DNA of 64,000 nucleotides, from the NCBI GenBank assembly GCA_030390025.1, contig JASTWF010000328.1:372001-436000 (forward strand), written 5' to 3'. The notes beneath the pieces are model-generated. The model did no database searches and was not told where the DNA came from. It worked only from the letters and a program-made list of their open reading frames with translations. Origin of the DNA: Squalus acanthias. Its lineage: Eukaryota. The position numbers were made by a program, and so were the translations under genes. Below, in pieces: positions 12,956 to 24,828 of the stretch (position 1 is its first letter; every line of letters begins with the position of its first letter).

Positions 12956-13246
12956 GAATTTTATGTCTTTGATATAATGCCTTCCTGACTGACCTGATTG
13001 TTTCTCTGCCGAGGTGTGATAAAAGGCAGTCAGAAAGATTAACTGTAGTCATCTGACATTGTACGCTGCACAGGCATTGTTCTCTGTCTATATATGCTTT
13101 GCCGATTCGTATTCCTTCACTTCACCTGACGAGGGAGCAGCAGCTCCGAAAGCTTGTGATTTCAAATGAAACTGTTGGACTATAACCTGGTGTTGTGCGA
13201 CTTCTCACTTTTGTCCACCCCAGTCCAACCCCGGCATCGCCGCATC
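12956..13246 (+). mobile_element. Penelope-like element terminal fragment with apparent 8-bp TSD ATTTCAAA
   Basis: ATTTCAAA at 12948-12955 and 13247-13254; contains TATATA and a hammerhead motif; SINE sequence resumes after it. Confidence 0.65.
13122..13159 (+). ncRNA. Minimal type I hammerhead ribozyme motif (Penelope-type)
   Basis: TCAC-CTGACGA-G-GGAGC(AGCA)GCTCC-GAAA-GC-TT-GTGA: stem I, core, stem II, palindromic minimal stem III. Confidence 0.7.
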
Positions 13247-13279
13247 ATTTCAAACAAGAGCGGGGGTGGGGGGAGTTCT

Positions 13280-14773
13280 CCCTGGTGTCCTGGGCCAATA
13301 TTTATCCCCGGTGTCCTGGGCCAATATTTATCCCCGGTGTCGTGGGCCAATATTTATCCCCGGTGTCCGGGCCAATATTTATCCCCGGTGTCCTGGGCCA
13401 ATATTTATCCCCGGTGTCCCGGGCCAATATTTATCCCCGGTGTCCCAGGCCAATATTTATCCCCGGTGTCCCGGGCCAATATTTATCCCCGGTGTCCGTG
13501 GGCCAATATTTATCCCCGGTGTCCCGGCCAATATTTATCCCCGGTGTCCCGGGCCAATATTTATCCCCGGTGTCCCGGGCCAATATTTATCCCCGGTGTC
13601 CCGGGCCAATATTTATCCCCGGTGTCCCGGGCCAATATTTATCCCCGGTGTCCCGGCCAATATTTATCCCCGGTGTCCCGGGCCAATATTTATCCCCGGT
13701 GTCCCGGGCCAATATTTATCCCCGGTGTCCCGGGCCAATATTTATCCCCGGTGTCCCAGCCAATATTTATCCCCGGTGTCCCAGCCAATATTTATCCGCG
13801 GTGTCCCAGCCAATATTTATCCCCGGTGTCCCAGCCAATATTTATCCGCGGTGTCCCAGCCAATATTTATCCCCGGTGTCCCGGGCCAATATTTATCCCC
13901 GGTGTCCCGGGCCAATATTTATCCCCGGTGTCCCAGCCAATATTTATCCCCGGTGTCCCAGCCAATATTTATCCCCGGTGTCCTGGGCCAATATTTATCC
14001 CCGGTGTCCCAGCCAATATTTATCCGCGGTGTCCCAGCCAATATTTATCCCCGGTGTCCCGGGCCAATATTTATCCCCGGTGTCCCGGGCCAATATTTAT
14101 CCCGGTGTCCCGGGCCAATATTTATCCCCGGTGTCCCGGGCCAATATTTATCCCCGGTGTCCCGGGCCAATATTTATCCCCGGTGTCCCGGGCCAATATT
14201 TATCCCCGGTGTCCCGGGCCAATATTTATCCCCGGTGTCCCGGGCCAATATTTATCCCCGGTGTCCCGGGCCAATATTTATCCCCGGTGTCCCGGGCCAA
14301 TATTTATCCCCGGTGTCCCGGGCCAATATTTATCCCCGGTGTCCTGGGCCAATATTTATCCCCGGTGTCCTGGGCCAATATTTATCCCCGGTGTCCTGGG
14401 CCAATATTTATCCCCGGTGTCCTGGGCCAATATTTATCCCCGGTGTCCTGGGCCAATATTTATCCCCGGTGTCACAGCCAATATTTATCCCCGGTGTCCT
14501 GGGCCAATATTTATCCCCGGTGTCCCGGGCCAATATTTATCCCCGGTGTCCCGGGCCAATATTTATCCCCGGTGTCCCGGGCCAATATTTATCCCCGCTG
14601 TCCCGGGCCAATATTTATCCCCGCTGTCCCGGGCCAATATTTATCCCCGCTGTCCCGGGCCAATATTTATCCCCGCTGTCCCGGCCAATATTTATCCCCG
14701 GTGTCCTGGGCCAATATTTATCCCCAGTGTCCCAGCCAATATTTATCCCCAGTGTCCCAGCTAATACTTATCC
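13280..14773. repeat. 25-26-bp minisatellite, ~57 copies
   Basis: Unit CCCCGGTGTCCCGGGCCAATATTTAT; open in all three + frames. Confidence 0.97.
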
Positions 14774-14989
14774 CTCAATCAACATTACAAAAAACAGATT
14801 ATCTGGTCATTATCACATTGCAGTTTGTGGGGGGAGTTCGCTGTGCGCAAATCGGCTGCCGCGTTTTCTACATTGCAACACTAAAAAAAAATTCATTGTC
14901 TGTAAAGCGCTTTGAGATATCCGGTGGTGTATAAATGCACAAGTCTTTCCTTCTGATCAAGCGCTGAGAAAAGCACCCGGTGTTGAGCG

Positions 14990-15680
14990 AAAGTAGCGCT
15001 GGATCCGGGCAACGTGGCCTCCGCTGGTGCAGGAGTCGGGCCAGGTAACGTTGCCTCCCCGGCGGTAGGTGGCGCTGTTGCAGGAGGTGGCGGGGCCGGG
15101 TTAAGTGGCCTCCCGGGCGGGAGGTGGCGCTGCTGCAGGAGTCGGGCCGGGTAAAGTGTCCTCCCGGGCGGGAGGTGGCGCTGCTGCAGGAGTCGGGCCG
15201 GATAAAGTGTCCTCCCGGGCGGGAGGGCGCTGTAGGAGGAGGCGGGGCCGGGTGAAGTGGCCTCCAGGGCGGGAGGTGCTGTAGGAGGAGGCGGGGCCGG
15301 GTTAAGTGACCTCCAGGGCGGGAGGTGGCGCTGCTGGCAGGAGGCGGGGCCGGGTAAAGTGACCTCCCGGGCGGGAGGTGGCGCTGTTGCAGGAGGAGGC
15401 GGCGGGGTAAGAGCCCGGTCGGGGCCAGGCGCTGTGTTGCCGGGTGTGCGGGCCCGGGGGGGTGAGGGAACCAGAGGCGGGGAGAGTCAGACAGAGAGCG
15501 TGATCGGGCGGCACCGGCGGGGACAGGCGGTGAGTTCAATAAAAACCACCCAGCGGGCAGGCGGTGAAATGAGCCGCTCCGGGTCACGGTGAGACCCGCC
15601 ATCCTTTCCCACCCTGAGAGGGCGGCGATCGAGCAGGAAAGTGTCGGAGGGAAGGCCTGACCGCCCAGGCCGCGGTGTGT
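14990..15680 (+). promoter_or_regulatory. CpG-island-like region built from ~51-57-bp GC-rich repeats; candidate promoter or non-coding first exon
   Basis: High GC and CpG content, many GGGCGG boxes, five AGGTGGCGCT motifs, donor-like GCG|GTGAGT at 15530. Confidence 0.5.
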
Positions 15681-15927
15681 CTCCTCCACCCACCCCGCTC
15701 TCTCTCTCTCTCTCTCTCTCCTCGCTTCCCTGAGCTGCCCGGAGTGGGTTGACTGGGTGATTGAGGGTGGCGGGGGAGAGAAAGTCTCCCCTGTCCCCGG
15801 GGAGATCCGTGCTCCTGTCCTCAGGGCCACAACATCGAGAGTCAGCGGCCAGACATCCAAGGAAACCCAGGCAGAGAGGAGCTGCGGGAAGGAGGGAGGA
15901 GGACAGTATATATGTGTGTGTGTGTGT

Positions 15928-16210
15928 GCTAGGCCGCTGTAGCAGAGCCTGCTCTCCAATCGTCTTGGATCCCCTCGCCATCGGACAAAGACCTTGGTCT
16001 GTCAAGCCCGTGTGGTGGCTGGTGTGCAACGGCCACCCCACGTTAAAAGAATTCACGCACAAGCATCTTCCACCCTTTAAAATGAAGTTCGGGACCTGGA
16101 ACATCAGGACCCTCATGGCTCGCATTGGACTCATCAGTCACCTGGGAACTCATTTTTAACGTGGAAGCAAGTCATCCTCGGTTCCGAGGGACTGCCTAAG
16201 AAGAAGAAGA
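15928..16210 (+). mobile_element. Non-autonomous bipartite RTE element (5' end fused to 3' end)
   Basis: MKFGTWNIRTLM (APE endonuclease start) joined in frame to ARIGLISHLGTH (RTE C-terminus), then 3'UTR and (AAG)n tail. Confidence 0.75.
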
Positions 16211-16315
16211 GCAGCAGAGGGTCGCTCCGGCCAGACAGCAGCAGAGGGTCACTCCGGCCAGACAGCAGCAGAGGGTCGCTCCGGCCAGACAGCAGCAGAG
16301 AGTCGCTCCGGCCAG
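16211..16315. repeat. 27-bp tandem repeat, ~4 copies
   Basis: Unit CAGCAGCAGAGGGTCGCTCCGGCCAGA. Confidence 0.9.
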
Positions 16316-16905
16316 CCCACACCATCGGGCTGCTGTGTGACTTAGAGGGGAAATTCGAGCCGATGGTGTTCTCATGCACCTTCTTCCCTTGTCTTTCTGG
16401 GTGCTGTGATCTATTACCTAAAAGACAGCGTTTAGGTTTGCACAGGACTGGGAGCAAAATGATCCTGATTATAACATTTTAAGCAGAGTGAAAAAATAGT
16501 TTTGTATAGCAGTATTAATAAAGGGTTCTGTGTCAAAGCTGGAACACTAGGATGTTCCCTGGAGGTATGTTAAGATAGAATCTATATCAATACATTTAAG
16601 GAATAGGAAAGGAAATAGCACATTTCTCGGTGGGTTTTTCAGGCTATCGAGCAGGGGAGATGAGAGAGAGGGAGACTGTGTTGTGAGTAAACTCCTGGAA
16701 TCTGTATTTCGAGGTCAAATTATTGAAAATTTGCAGATACAGTCGATGATCAGGGGAGGCTGGAAATGATAAGCTGCAGACAAGTCGTGTTTGACAAATT
16801 TTCACACTTTTTAAGAATTGTCTATATAAATCGATGGAATGAAACACATGCGATGTCTGTGGGTTTTTAGAAGGTGTTTGTTGATGTGGTTCTTTGTGTT
16901 CACAG

Positions 16906-17072
16906 ATCCGAACTCGACAATCAATAAATTCTTGACAAAGTGTGACGATTACCAACTGTTCCAGTTGGCGAAATTCTACCGGGACAGACTGGAACAGGCG
17001 ATTGAAGAGGGTGTGGAGGGACTCGGTCTCTGGTTAACAGGCGAGGACCATTTCAGTGGACAAGAGTATCAC
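16906..17072 (+). CDS. NLR-like gene, second coding exon, copy a (DPNSTINKFLTKCDDYQLFQLAKFYRDRLEQAIEEGVEGLGLWLTGEDHFSGQEYH)
   Basis: Acceptor TTCACAG, donor AC|GTAAGT, 167 nt, phase 1 to 0; paralogue of 43912-44078. Confidence 0.8.
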
Positions 17073-17136
17073 GTAAGTGGGAGGGACACAGAATGAGTTT
17101 AGATTATTCTAATATCACATTACTGACAGAATATCC

Positions 17137-17860
17137 TAACATAAGTACGAAAGAATCGCCAGATGAAGAAAGACCGAGGTCTGTGTAACTCCCCTCCAAC
17201 ATCCTGGTATCGAATGCTACAATGATAATGGAGTTGTTGACTAATCGATCTCTTATCAATTAATCTACAACAGACCCAGACATGAGTTGAGTAAAACCCC
17301 AGAGGTGGAGAGCTGCACTTACCACATCTCATATCTCAAATTACTCATATACTGCATTGCAAAATGTGATTTTTCTGAAATAAATCTATCTAATTTACAT
17401 TTGAATATCAATATTAACTGCTTCCGCCATCTCCCTAGGGAGCCTGTTTCCCAGATTAACCTGTCGCTCACTGAAATATTGTTTCCACAGACTAGTTTTG
17501 AATTTACCCTCCAAGCGCAGGCCGCGTCCTCTGATTCTACTATACTGGACAAAGTGAAACAGCGATCATATCACCTCTCAACATTCTCTCTTCCAGTGAG
17601 AACATGTTCAATTTACACAATCCTCCTATTCCAACCCCTCCACTCTCTCAATCACTCTAGTTGCTCTCTTCAATAGTTGTGATAACCTTTTTGTACTGAG
17701 GCAATCAGAACTGTCCACAGTTTACTCAGTGCTGTCACACCAATGGTTAATAAAGTAGCGGGATTATCTCACTACGTCTGCTGAATATTGACCTGTTAGC
17801 ACATCCAAAATCTGATTTGCTTTCCTCACTGCCACTGAAAATTGCTGCAATACCAAAACT
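17137..17860 (-). mobile_element. Old, highly decayed CR1 3' fragment
   Basis: Absent from the paralogous intron (44140-44170); AACATAAG tail and a decayed reverse VQFW-like region near 17700. Confidence 0.5.
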
Positions 17861-18339
17861 TGGAATCATGAAATTTACAGAATAAAAAAGGGCAAAATAG
17901 GAAAGAAATGCATAAAACTGCAAATATTATGAATCTGAAACAATGAAACAAAGAGGTGAAAATACCAAACGGTTCCGTCGGTATCTGTACAAAGGAGATG
18001 GTAATGGTTCGGGTATAACTCTTGTGTGGACTGAAAACAAAGGGAAAAGGTTTTAGTGGGACTGGGAAAAGGAGAGACCAGAGGCAACAGACAGGAGTTA
18101 GAGGGAAGGCAATGAGCTGAGTGACCAGGAAACTACTTAATAGTAAATCAGGGAAATGTTAGATGACACAAAAAAATCCCCTGTGGCTTAAACAAAAGAC
18201 ATTTTAAACTAAAGAGTTCAAATGGTGAAAATGTATGAAACCCAAACCGGACAAATAACCCCAAAAAACTGTATTGATGGAAAAACCAGAGCGATCCCCC
18301 ATTGATACTGTGTAAGTGTTTGTTTTCCCCTCCCTGAGT

Positions 18340-18800
18340 CACCGAGTGTAATCCCCACATCCCACCCACTACCCATTACCGTTAATATCCCACCGAGTGT
18401 AATCCCCACATCCCACCCACTGCCCATTACCGTTAATATCCCACCGAGTGTAATCCCCACATCCCACCCACTACCCATTACCGTTAATATCCCACCAAGT
18501 CTTATCCCAACCTCCTGCTCACTGCCCATTACCGTTAATATCCCACCAAGTCTAATCCCAACCTCCTGCTCACTGCCCATTACCGTTAATATCCCACCGA
18601 GTCTTATCCCAACCTCCTGCTCACTACCCATTACCGTTAATATCCCACCGAGTCTTATCCCAACCTCCTGCTCACTGCCCATTACCGTTAATATCCCACC
18701 TAGTCTAATCCCAACCTCCTGCTCACTGCCCATTTCCGTTAATATCCCACCTAGTCTAACCCCAACCTCCTGCTCACCATCCAATACCGTTAATATCCCA
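18340..18800. repeat. 51-bp minisatellite, ~9 copies
   Basis: Unit ACCGTTAATATCCCACCTAGTCTAATCCCAACCTCCTGCTCACTGCCCATT; same family as 47785-49380. Confidence 0.95.
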
Positions 18801-19420
18801 TCTAGGAGTGCAGCATAAACGTGGGCATGGACTGGTTGGACCGAATGGTCTGTATCTGTGCTGTGTGTGATCCTGGAGTGCAGCATAAACCCGGGCATAG
18901 ACTGGTTGTGCCGAATGCTCTGTCTGTGTTCTGTATGATCCGGGAGTGCAGAATAAAACCGGGCATGGACTGGTTGGGCCGAATGCTCTGTGTCTGTGTT
19001 GTGTGTGTGATCCTGGAGAGCAGCATAAACCCGGGCATGGACTGGTTGGGTTGAATGCTCTGTGTCTGTGTTGTGTGTGTGATCCTGGAGTGCAGCATAA
19101 ACCCGGGCATTGACTGGTTGGACAGAATGCTCTGTGTCTGTGTTGTGTGTGATCCTGGAGTGCAGCATAAACCCGGGCATGGACTGGTTGGGCCGAATGC
19201 TGTGTGTCTCAGTTGTGTGTGATCCTGGAGTGCAGCATTACCCCGGGCATGGACTGGTTGGGCCGAATGCTCTGTGTCTGTGTTGTGTGATCCTGGAGTG
19301 CAGCATAAACCCGGGCATGGACTGGTTGGGTCGAATGCTCTGCGTCTTTGTTGTTTGTGATCCTGGAGTGCAGCATAAACCCGGGCAAGGAGTGGTTGGG
19401 CCGAATGCTGTCTGTGTGAT

Positions 19421-20390
19421 CTAGATAACGGAACTAAATGTAATATCTCCAAGTTTGCAGATGACACAAAGCTGGGTGGACGTGTGTGCTGCGAGGAGGA
19501 TACCGAGAAACGCCAGGATGATTTGGACAGGTTGGGTGAGTGGGAAGAAGCGTGGCAGATGCAATATAACATGGATAAATGTGAGGTTATCCACTTTGGT
19601 GTCAAAGACAGAAAGGCAGACTATTATCTGAATGGCAATAGATTGGGAGAAGGGGAAGTGCAACGAGACCTGGGTGTCCTTGTGCACCAGTCGCTGAAGG
19701 TAAGCATGCAGGTGTAGCAGGCGGTGAAGAAGGCAAATGGAATGTTGGCCTTCATAGCGAAAGGGTTTGAGTACAGGAACAAGGATGTCCTGCTGCAGTT
19801 GTACAGGGCCTTGGTGAGACCGCACCTTGAGTATTGTGTGCAGTTTTGGTCGGCTTATCTGAGGAAGGATGTTCTTGCCATGGAAGGAGTTCAGCGAAGA
19901 TTCACAAGTCTGATACCTGGGATGGCAGGAATGACGTATGGGGAGAGATTGGGCCGATTGGGCTTATACTCGCTGGAGTATAGAAGAATGAGAGGGGATT
20001 TCATCGAAACATAAAATTCTGACAGGTCTGGACAAACTAGATGCAGGAAGAATGTTCCCGATTGTCGGAGAGTCCAGAACCAGGGGTCATAATCTACGGA
20101 TAACGGGTAAGCCATTTAGGACAGAAATGAGGAAGAATTTCTTCACCCAGAGTGGTGAACCTGTGGAATTCTCCACCACAGAAGGTAGTTGAGGCCAAGT
20201 CATTAAATATATTCAAGAAGGAGTTAGATATATTTCTTAAAGCTAAAGGTATCAAGGGATATGGGGAGAAGGCAGGTACAGGGTACTGAGTTTGGATGAT
20301 CAGCCATGATCTCATCGAATGGCGGAGCAGGCTTGAGGGGCTGAATGGCCTACTCCTGCTCCTATCTTCTATGTCTATGTCGGTTCTAAA
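19421..20390 (+). mobile_element. CR1 3' fragment, copy 1 of 4 in the satellite
   Basis: KFADDTK through C-terminus and 3'UTR; junctions shared with copies 2-4. Confidence 0.92.
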
Positions 20391-20554
20391 TGAGGGCATG
20401 TACTAGTTGGGCCGAATGCTCTGTATCTGTGCTGTGTGATCCTGGAGTGCAGCATAAACCCGGGCATGGACTAGTTGGGCCGAATGCTCTGTGTCTGTGT
20501 CTGTGTGATCCTGGACTGCAGCATAAACCCAGGCATGAACTGGTTTGGTCGAAT

Positions 20555-20873
20555 AAGAACATAAGAACGTAAGAAATAGGAGCAGGAGTAGACCAATCGG
20601 CCCCTCGAGCCTACTCCGCCATTCAATGAGATCATGGCTGATCTGATCCAACCTCAACTCTAAAGAACACAATAAGCAGGAGCAGGACCAGGCCACTCGG
20701 CCCCTGGGCCCGCTCCGCCACCCACAGGGCCTTGACCGATCCGAACTCAAACTCATGTCCAATTTCCAGCCCGCTCCCCGTAACCCCTGATACCCTTTAC
20801 TTCCAGGAAAAGGTCTATTTCTGTTTTAAATTTATTTAATAAAGTAGCTTACACAGCTTCCTGAGGTAGCAAA
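20555..20873 (-). mobile_element. Short CR1 3' end inserted in the satellite
   Basis: AAGAACAT tail; similar to 47350-47710; imperfect ~14-bp TSD TGGTTTGGTCGAAT / TGGTTGGACCGAAT. Confidence 0.85.
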
Positions 20874-23854
20874 TTGGTTGGACCGAATGCTCTGTGTCTG
20901 TGCTGTGTGTGATCCTGGAGTGCAGCATAAACCCGGGCATGGACTGGTTGGGCCGAATGCTCTGTGTGTGTGTTGTGTGTGATCCTGGAGTGCAGGATAA
21001 ACCCGGGCATCGACTGGTTGGACCGAATGCTCTGTGTCTGTGCTGTGTGTGATCCTGGAGTGCAGCATAAAACAGGGCATGGACTGGTTGGACCGAATGC
21101 TCTGTGTCTCTGCTGTGTGTGATTCTGGAGTGCAGCATAAACCCGGGCATGGACTGGTTGGGCCGAATGCTCTGTGTGTGTGTTGTGGGTGATCCTGGAG
21201 TGCAGCATAAACCCGGGCATGGATTAGTTGGGTTGAATCATTTGTGTCTGTGTTGTGTGTGAACCTGGAGTGCTGCATAAACCCGGGCAGGGACTGGTTG
21301 GGCCGAATGCTCTGTCTGTGCTCTGTATGATCCTGGAGTGCAGCATAAACCCGGGCACGGACTGGTTGGACCGAATGCTCTGTGCTCTGTGTGGTGTGTG
21401 ATCCTGGAGTGCAGCATAAACCCGGGCATGAACTGGTTGGGCCGAATGCTCTGTGTCTGTGTTGTGTGTGATCCTGGAGTGCAGCATAAACCCGGGCATG
21501 GACTGGTTGTGCCGAATGCTCTGTATCTGTGCTCTGTGTGTGATCCTGGAGTGCACCATAAACCCGGGCATGGACTAGTTGGGTTGAATCATCTGTGTCT
21601 GTGTTGTGTGTGATCCTGGAGTGCTGCATAAACCCTGGCATGGACTGGTTGGGCCGAATGCTCTGTGTCTGTGCTCTGTGTGTGATCCTGGAGTGCAGCA
21701 TAAACCCGGGCATGGACTAGTTGGGCCGAATGCTCTGTCTATGATCCTGGAGTGCATCATAAACCCGGGCATGGAGTGGTTGGACCGAATGCTCTATGTC
21801 TGTTTTGTGTGTTTGATCCTGGAGTGCAGCATAAACCCGGGCATGTACTATTTGGGTCGAATGCTCTGCGTCTGTGTTGTGTGTGATCCTGGAGTGCCGC
21901 ATAAACCCCGGGCATCGACTGGTTGGGCCGAACATTCTGTGTCGGTGCTCTGTGTGTGATCCTGGAGTGCAGCTTAAACCCGGGCATGTACTATTTGGGT
22001 CGAATGCTCTGCGTCTGTGTTGTGTGTGATCCTGGAGTGCCGCATAAACCCCGGGCATCGACTGGTTGGGCCGAATATTCTGTGTCGGTGCTCTGTGTGT
22101 GATCCTGGAGTGCAGCTTAAACCCGGGCATGTACTATTTGGGTCGAATGCTCTGCGTCTGTGTTGTGTGTGATCCTGGAGTGCCGCATAAACCCCGGGCA
22201 TCGACTGGTTGGGCCGAATGCTCTGTGTCTGTGCTCTGTGTGTTATCCTGGAGTGCAGCTTAAACCCGGGCATGGACTGGTTGGGCCGAATGCTCTGCGT
22301 CTGTGCTCTGTGTGATCCTGGAGTGCAGCATAAACCCCGGGCATGGACTAGTTGGGCCGAATATTCTGTGTCGGTGCTCTGTGTGTGATCCTGGTGTGCA
22401 GCATAAACCCGGGCATGGAATGGTTGAGCTGAATGCTCTGTGTATGTGTTGTGTGTGATCCTGGAGTGCAGCATAAACCCGGGCATGGACTGGTTGGACC
22501 GAATGCTCTGTGTCTGTGCTGTGTGTGATCCTGGAGTGCAGCATAAACCCGGGCATGGACTGGTTGGACCGAATGCTCTGTGTCTGTGCTGTGTGTGATC
22601 CTGGAGTGCAGCATAAACCCGGTCATGTACTGGTTGGACCGAATGCTCTGTGTCTGCTTTCTGTGATCCTGGAGTGCAGCCTAAACCCGGACATGGACTG
22701 GTTGGGTCGAATGCTCTGTGTCTGTGTTGTGTGTGTGATCCTGGAGTGCAGCAAAACCCAGGCATGGACTGGTTGGACCGAATGCTCTGTGTCTGTGCTC
22801 TGTGTGATCCTGGAGAGCAGCATAAACCCGGGCATCGACTAGTTGTGCCGAATGCTCTGTGTCTGTGCTCTGTGTGTGATCCTGGAGTGCAGCATAAACC
22901 CGGGCATGGATTGGTTGGGTCGAATGCTCTGCGTCTGTGTTGTGTGTGATCCTGGAGTGCAGCATAAACCCGGGCATGGACTGGTTGGGCCGAATGCTCT
23001 GCGTCTGTGCTCTGTGTGATCCTGGAGTGCAGCATAAACCCCGGGCATGGACTAGTTGGGCCGAATATTCTGTGTCGGTGCTCTGTGTGTGATCCAGGTG
23101 TGCAGCATAAACCCGGGCATGGAATGGTTGAGCTGAATGCTCTGTGTATGTGTTGTGTGTGATCCTGGAGTGCAGCATAAACCCGGGCATGGACTGGTTG
23201 GACCGAATGCTCTGTGTCTGTGCTGTGTGTGATCCTGGAGTGCAGCATAAACCCGGTCATGTACTGGTTGGACCGAATGCTCTGTGTCTGCTTTCTGTGA
23301 TCCTGGAGTGCAGCCTAAACCCGGGCATGGACTGGTTGGGTCGAATGCTCTGTGTCTGTGTTGTGTGTGTGATCCTGGAGTGCAGCAAAACCCAGGCATG
23401 GACTGGTTGGACCGAATGCTCTGTGTCTGTGCTCTGTGTGATCCTGGAGAGCAGCATAAACCCGGGCATCGACTAGTTGTGCCGAATGCTCTGTGTCTGT
23501 GCTCTGTGTGAACCTGGAGTGCAGCATAAATCCGGGCATGGACTGGTTGGCCAAATGCTCTGTGTCTGTGCTCTGTGTGTGATCCTGGAGTGCAGCATAA
23601 ACCCGGGCATGGATTGGTTGGGTCGAATGCTCTGCGTCTGTGTTGTGTGTGATCCTGGAGTGCAGCATAAATCCGGGCATGGACTGGTTGGGCCGAATGC
23701 TCTGTGTCTGTGCTCTGTGTGTGATCCTGGAGTGCAGCATAAACCCGGGCATGGATTGGTTGGGTCGAATGCTCTGCGTCTGTGTTGTGTGTGATCCTGG
23801 AGTGCAGCATGAACCCGGGCAAGTAGTGGTTGGGCCGAATGCTCTGTGTGTGAT

Positions 23855-24828
23855 ATAGATAACGGAACTAAATGTAACATCTCCAAGTTTGCAGATGACA
23901 CAAAGCTGCGTGGGTGTGTGTGTTGCTAGGAGGATACCGAGAAACTCCAAGATGATTTGGACAGTTTGGGTGAGTGGGCAGAAGCGTGGCAGATGCAATA
24001 TAACATGGATAAATGCGAGGTTATCCACTTTGGTGTCAAAAACAGAAAGGCAGACTATTATCTGAATGGCAATAGATTGGGAGAAGGGGAAGTGCAACGA
24101 GACCTGGGTGTCCTTGTGCACCAGTCGCTGAAGGTAAGCATGCAGGTGTAGCAGGCGGTGAAGAAGGCAAATGGTATGTTGGCCTTCATAGCGAGAGGGT
24201 TTGAGTACAGGAACACGGTTGTGCTGCTGCAGTTGTACAGGGCCTTGGTGAGACCACTCCTTGAGTATTGTGTGCAGTTTTGGTTGCCTTATCTGAGGAA
24301 GGATGTTCTTGCCATGAAGGGAGATCAGCGAAGATTCACCAGGCTGATACCTGGGATGGCAGGAATGACATATGAGGAGAGATTGGGTCGATTGGGCTTA
24401 TACTCACTGGAGTATAGAAGAATGAGAGGGGATTTCATCGAAACATATAAAATTCTGACAGGTCTGTACAAACTAGATGCAGGAAGAATGTTCCCGATGG
24501 TCGGAGAGCCCAGAACCAGGGGTCAAAATCTAAGGATAACGGGTAAGCCATTTAGGACAGAAATGAGGAAGAATTTCTTCACCCAGAGAGTGGTGAACCT
24601 GTGGAATTCTCCACCACAGAAGGTAGTTGAGGCCAAGTCATCAAATAAGTTCAAGAAGGAGTTAGATATATTTCTTAAAGCTAAAGGTATGAAGGGATAT
24701 GTGGAGAAGGCAGGTACAGGGTACTGAGTTTGGATGATCAGCCATGATCTCATCGAATGGCGGAGCAGGCTTGAGATGCTGAATGGCCTACTCCTGCCCC
24801 TATCATCGATGTCTATGTCGGTTCTAAA
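23855..24828 (+). mobile_element. CR1 3' fragment, copy 2 of 4
   Basis: Same 5' and 3' junctions as copy 1. Confidence 0.92.

Larger units (their letters stand above)
12915..14950 (+). mobile_element. DeuSINE-type (SacSINE1/AmnSINE1-like) SINE body and tail, interrupted by a Penelope-like insert and a minisatellite
   Basis: Recognisable segments GATGTAAAAGA..CTATTTC, GGGGAGTTCTCCCTGGTGTCCTGG, CAGATTATCTGGTCATTATCACATTGC, GTGCGCAAATCGGCTGCC, TGTAAAGCGCTTTG, TATAAATGCA; family assigned from recall, not from a search. Confidence 0.7.

Noticed and set aside
13166..14934. Three overlapping 530-580-aa ORFs
   Set aside because: Translations of a stop-free 26-bp minisatellite inside a SINE
14868..16134. 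363-aa and 215-aa minus-strand ORFs
   Set aside because: GC-rich repeats, microsatellites and RTE sequence lacking stops; no domain signature
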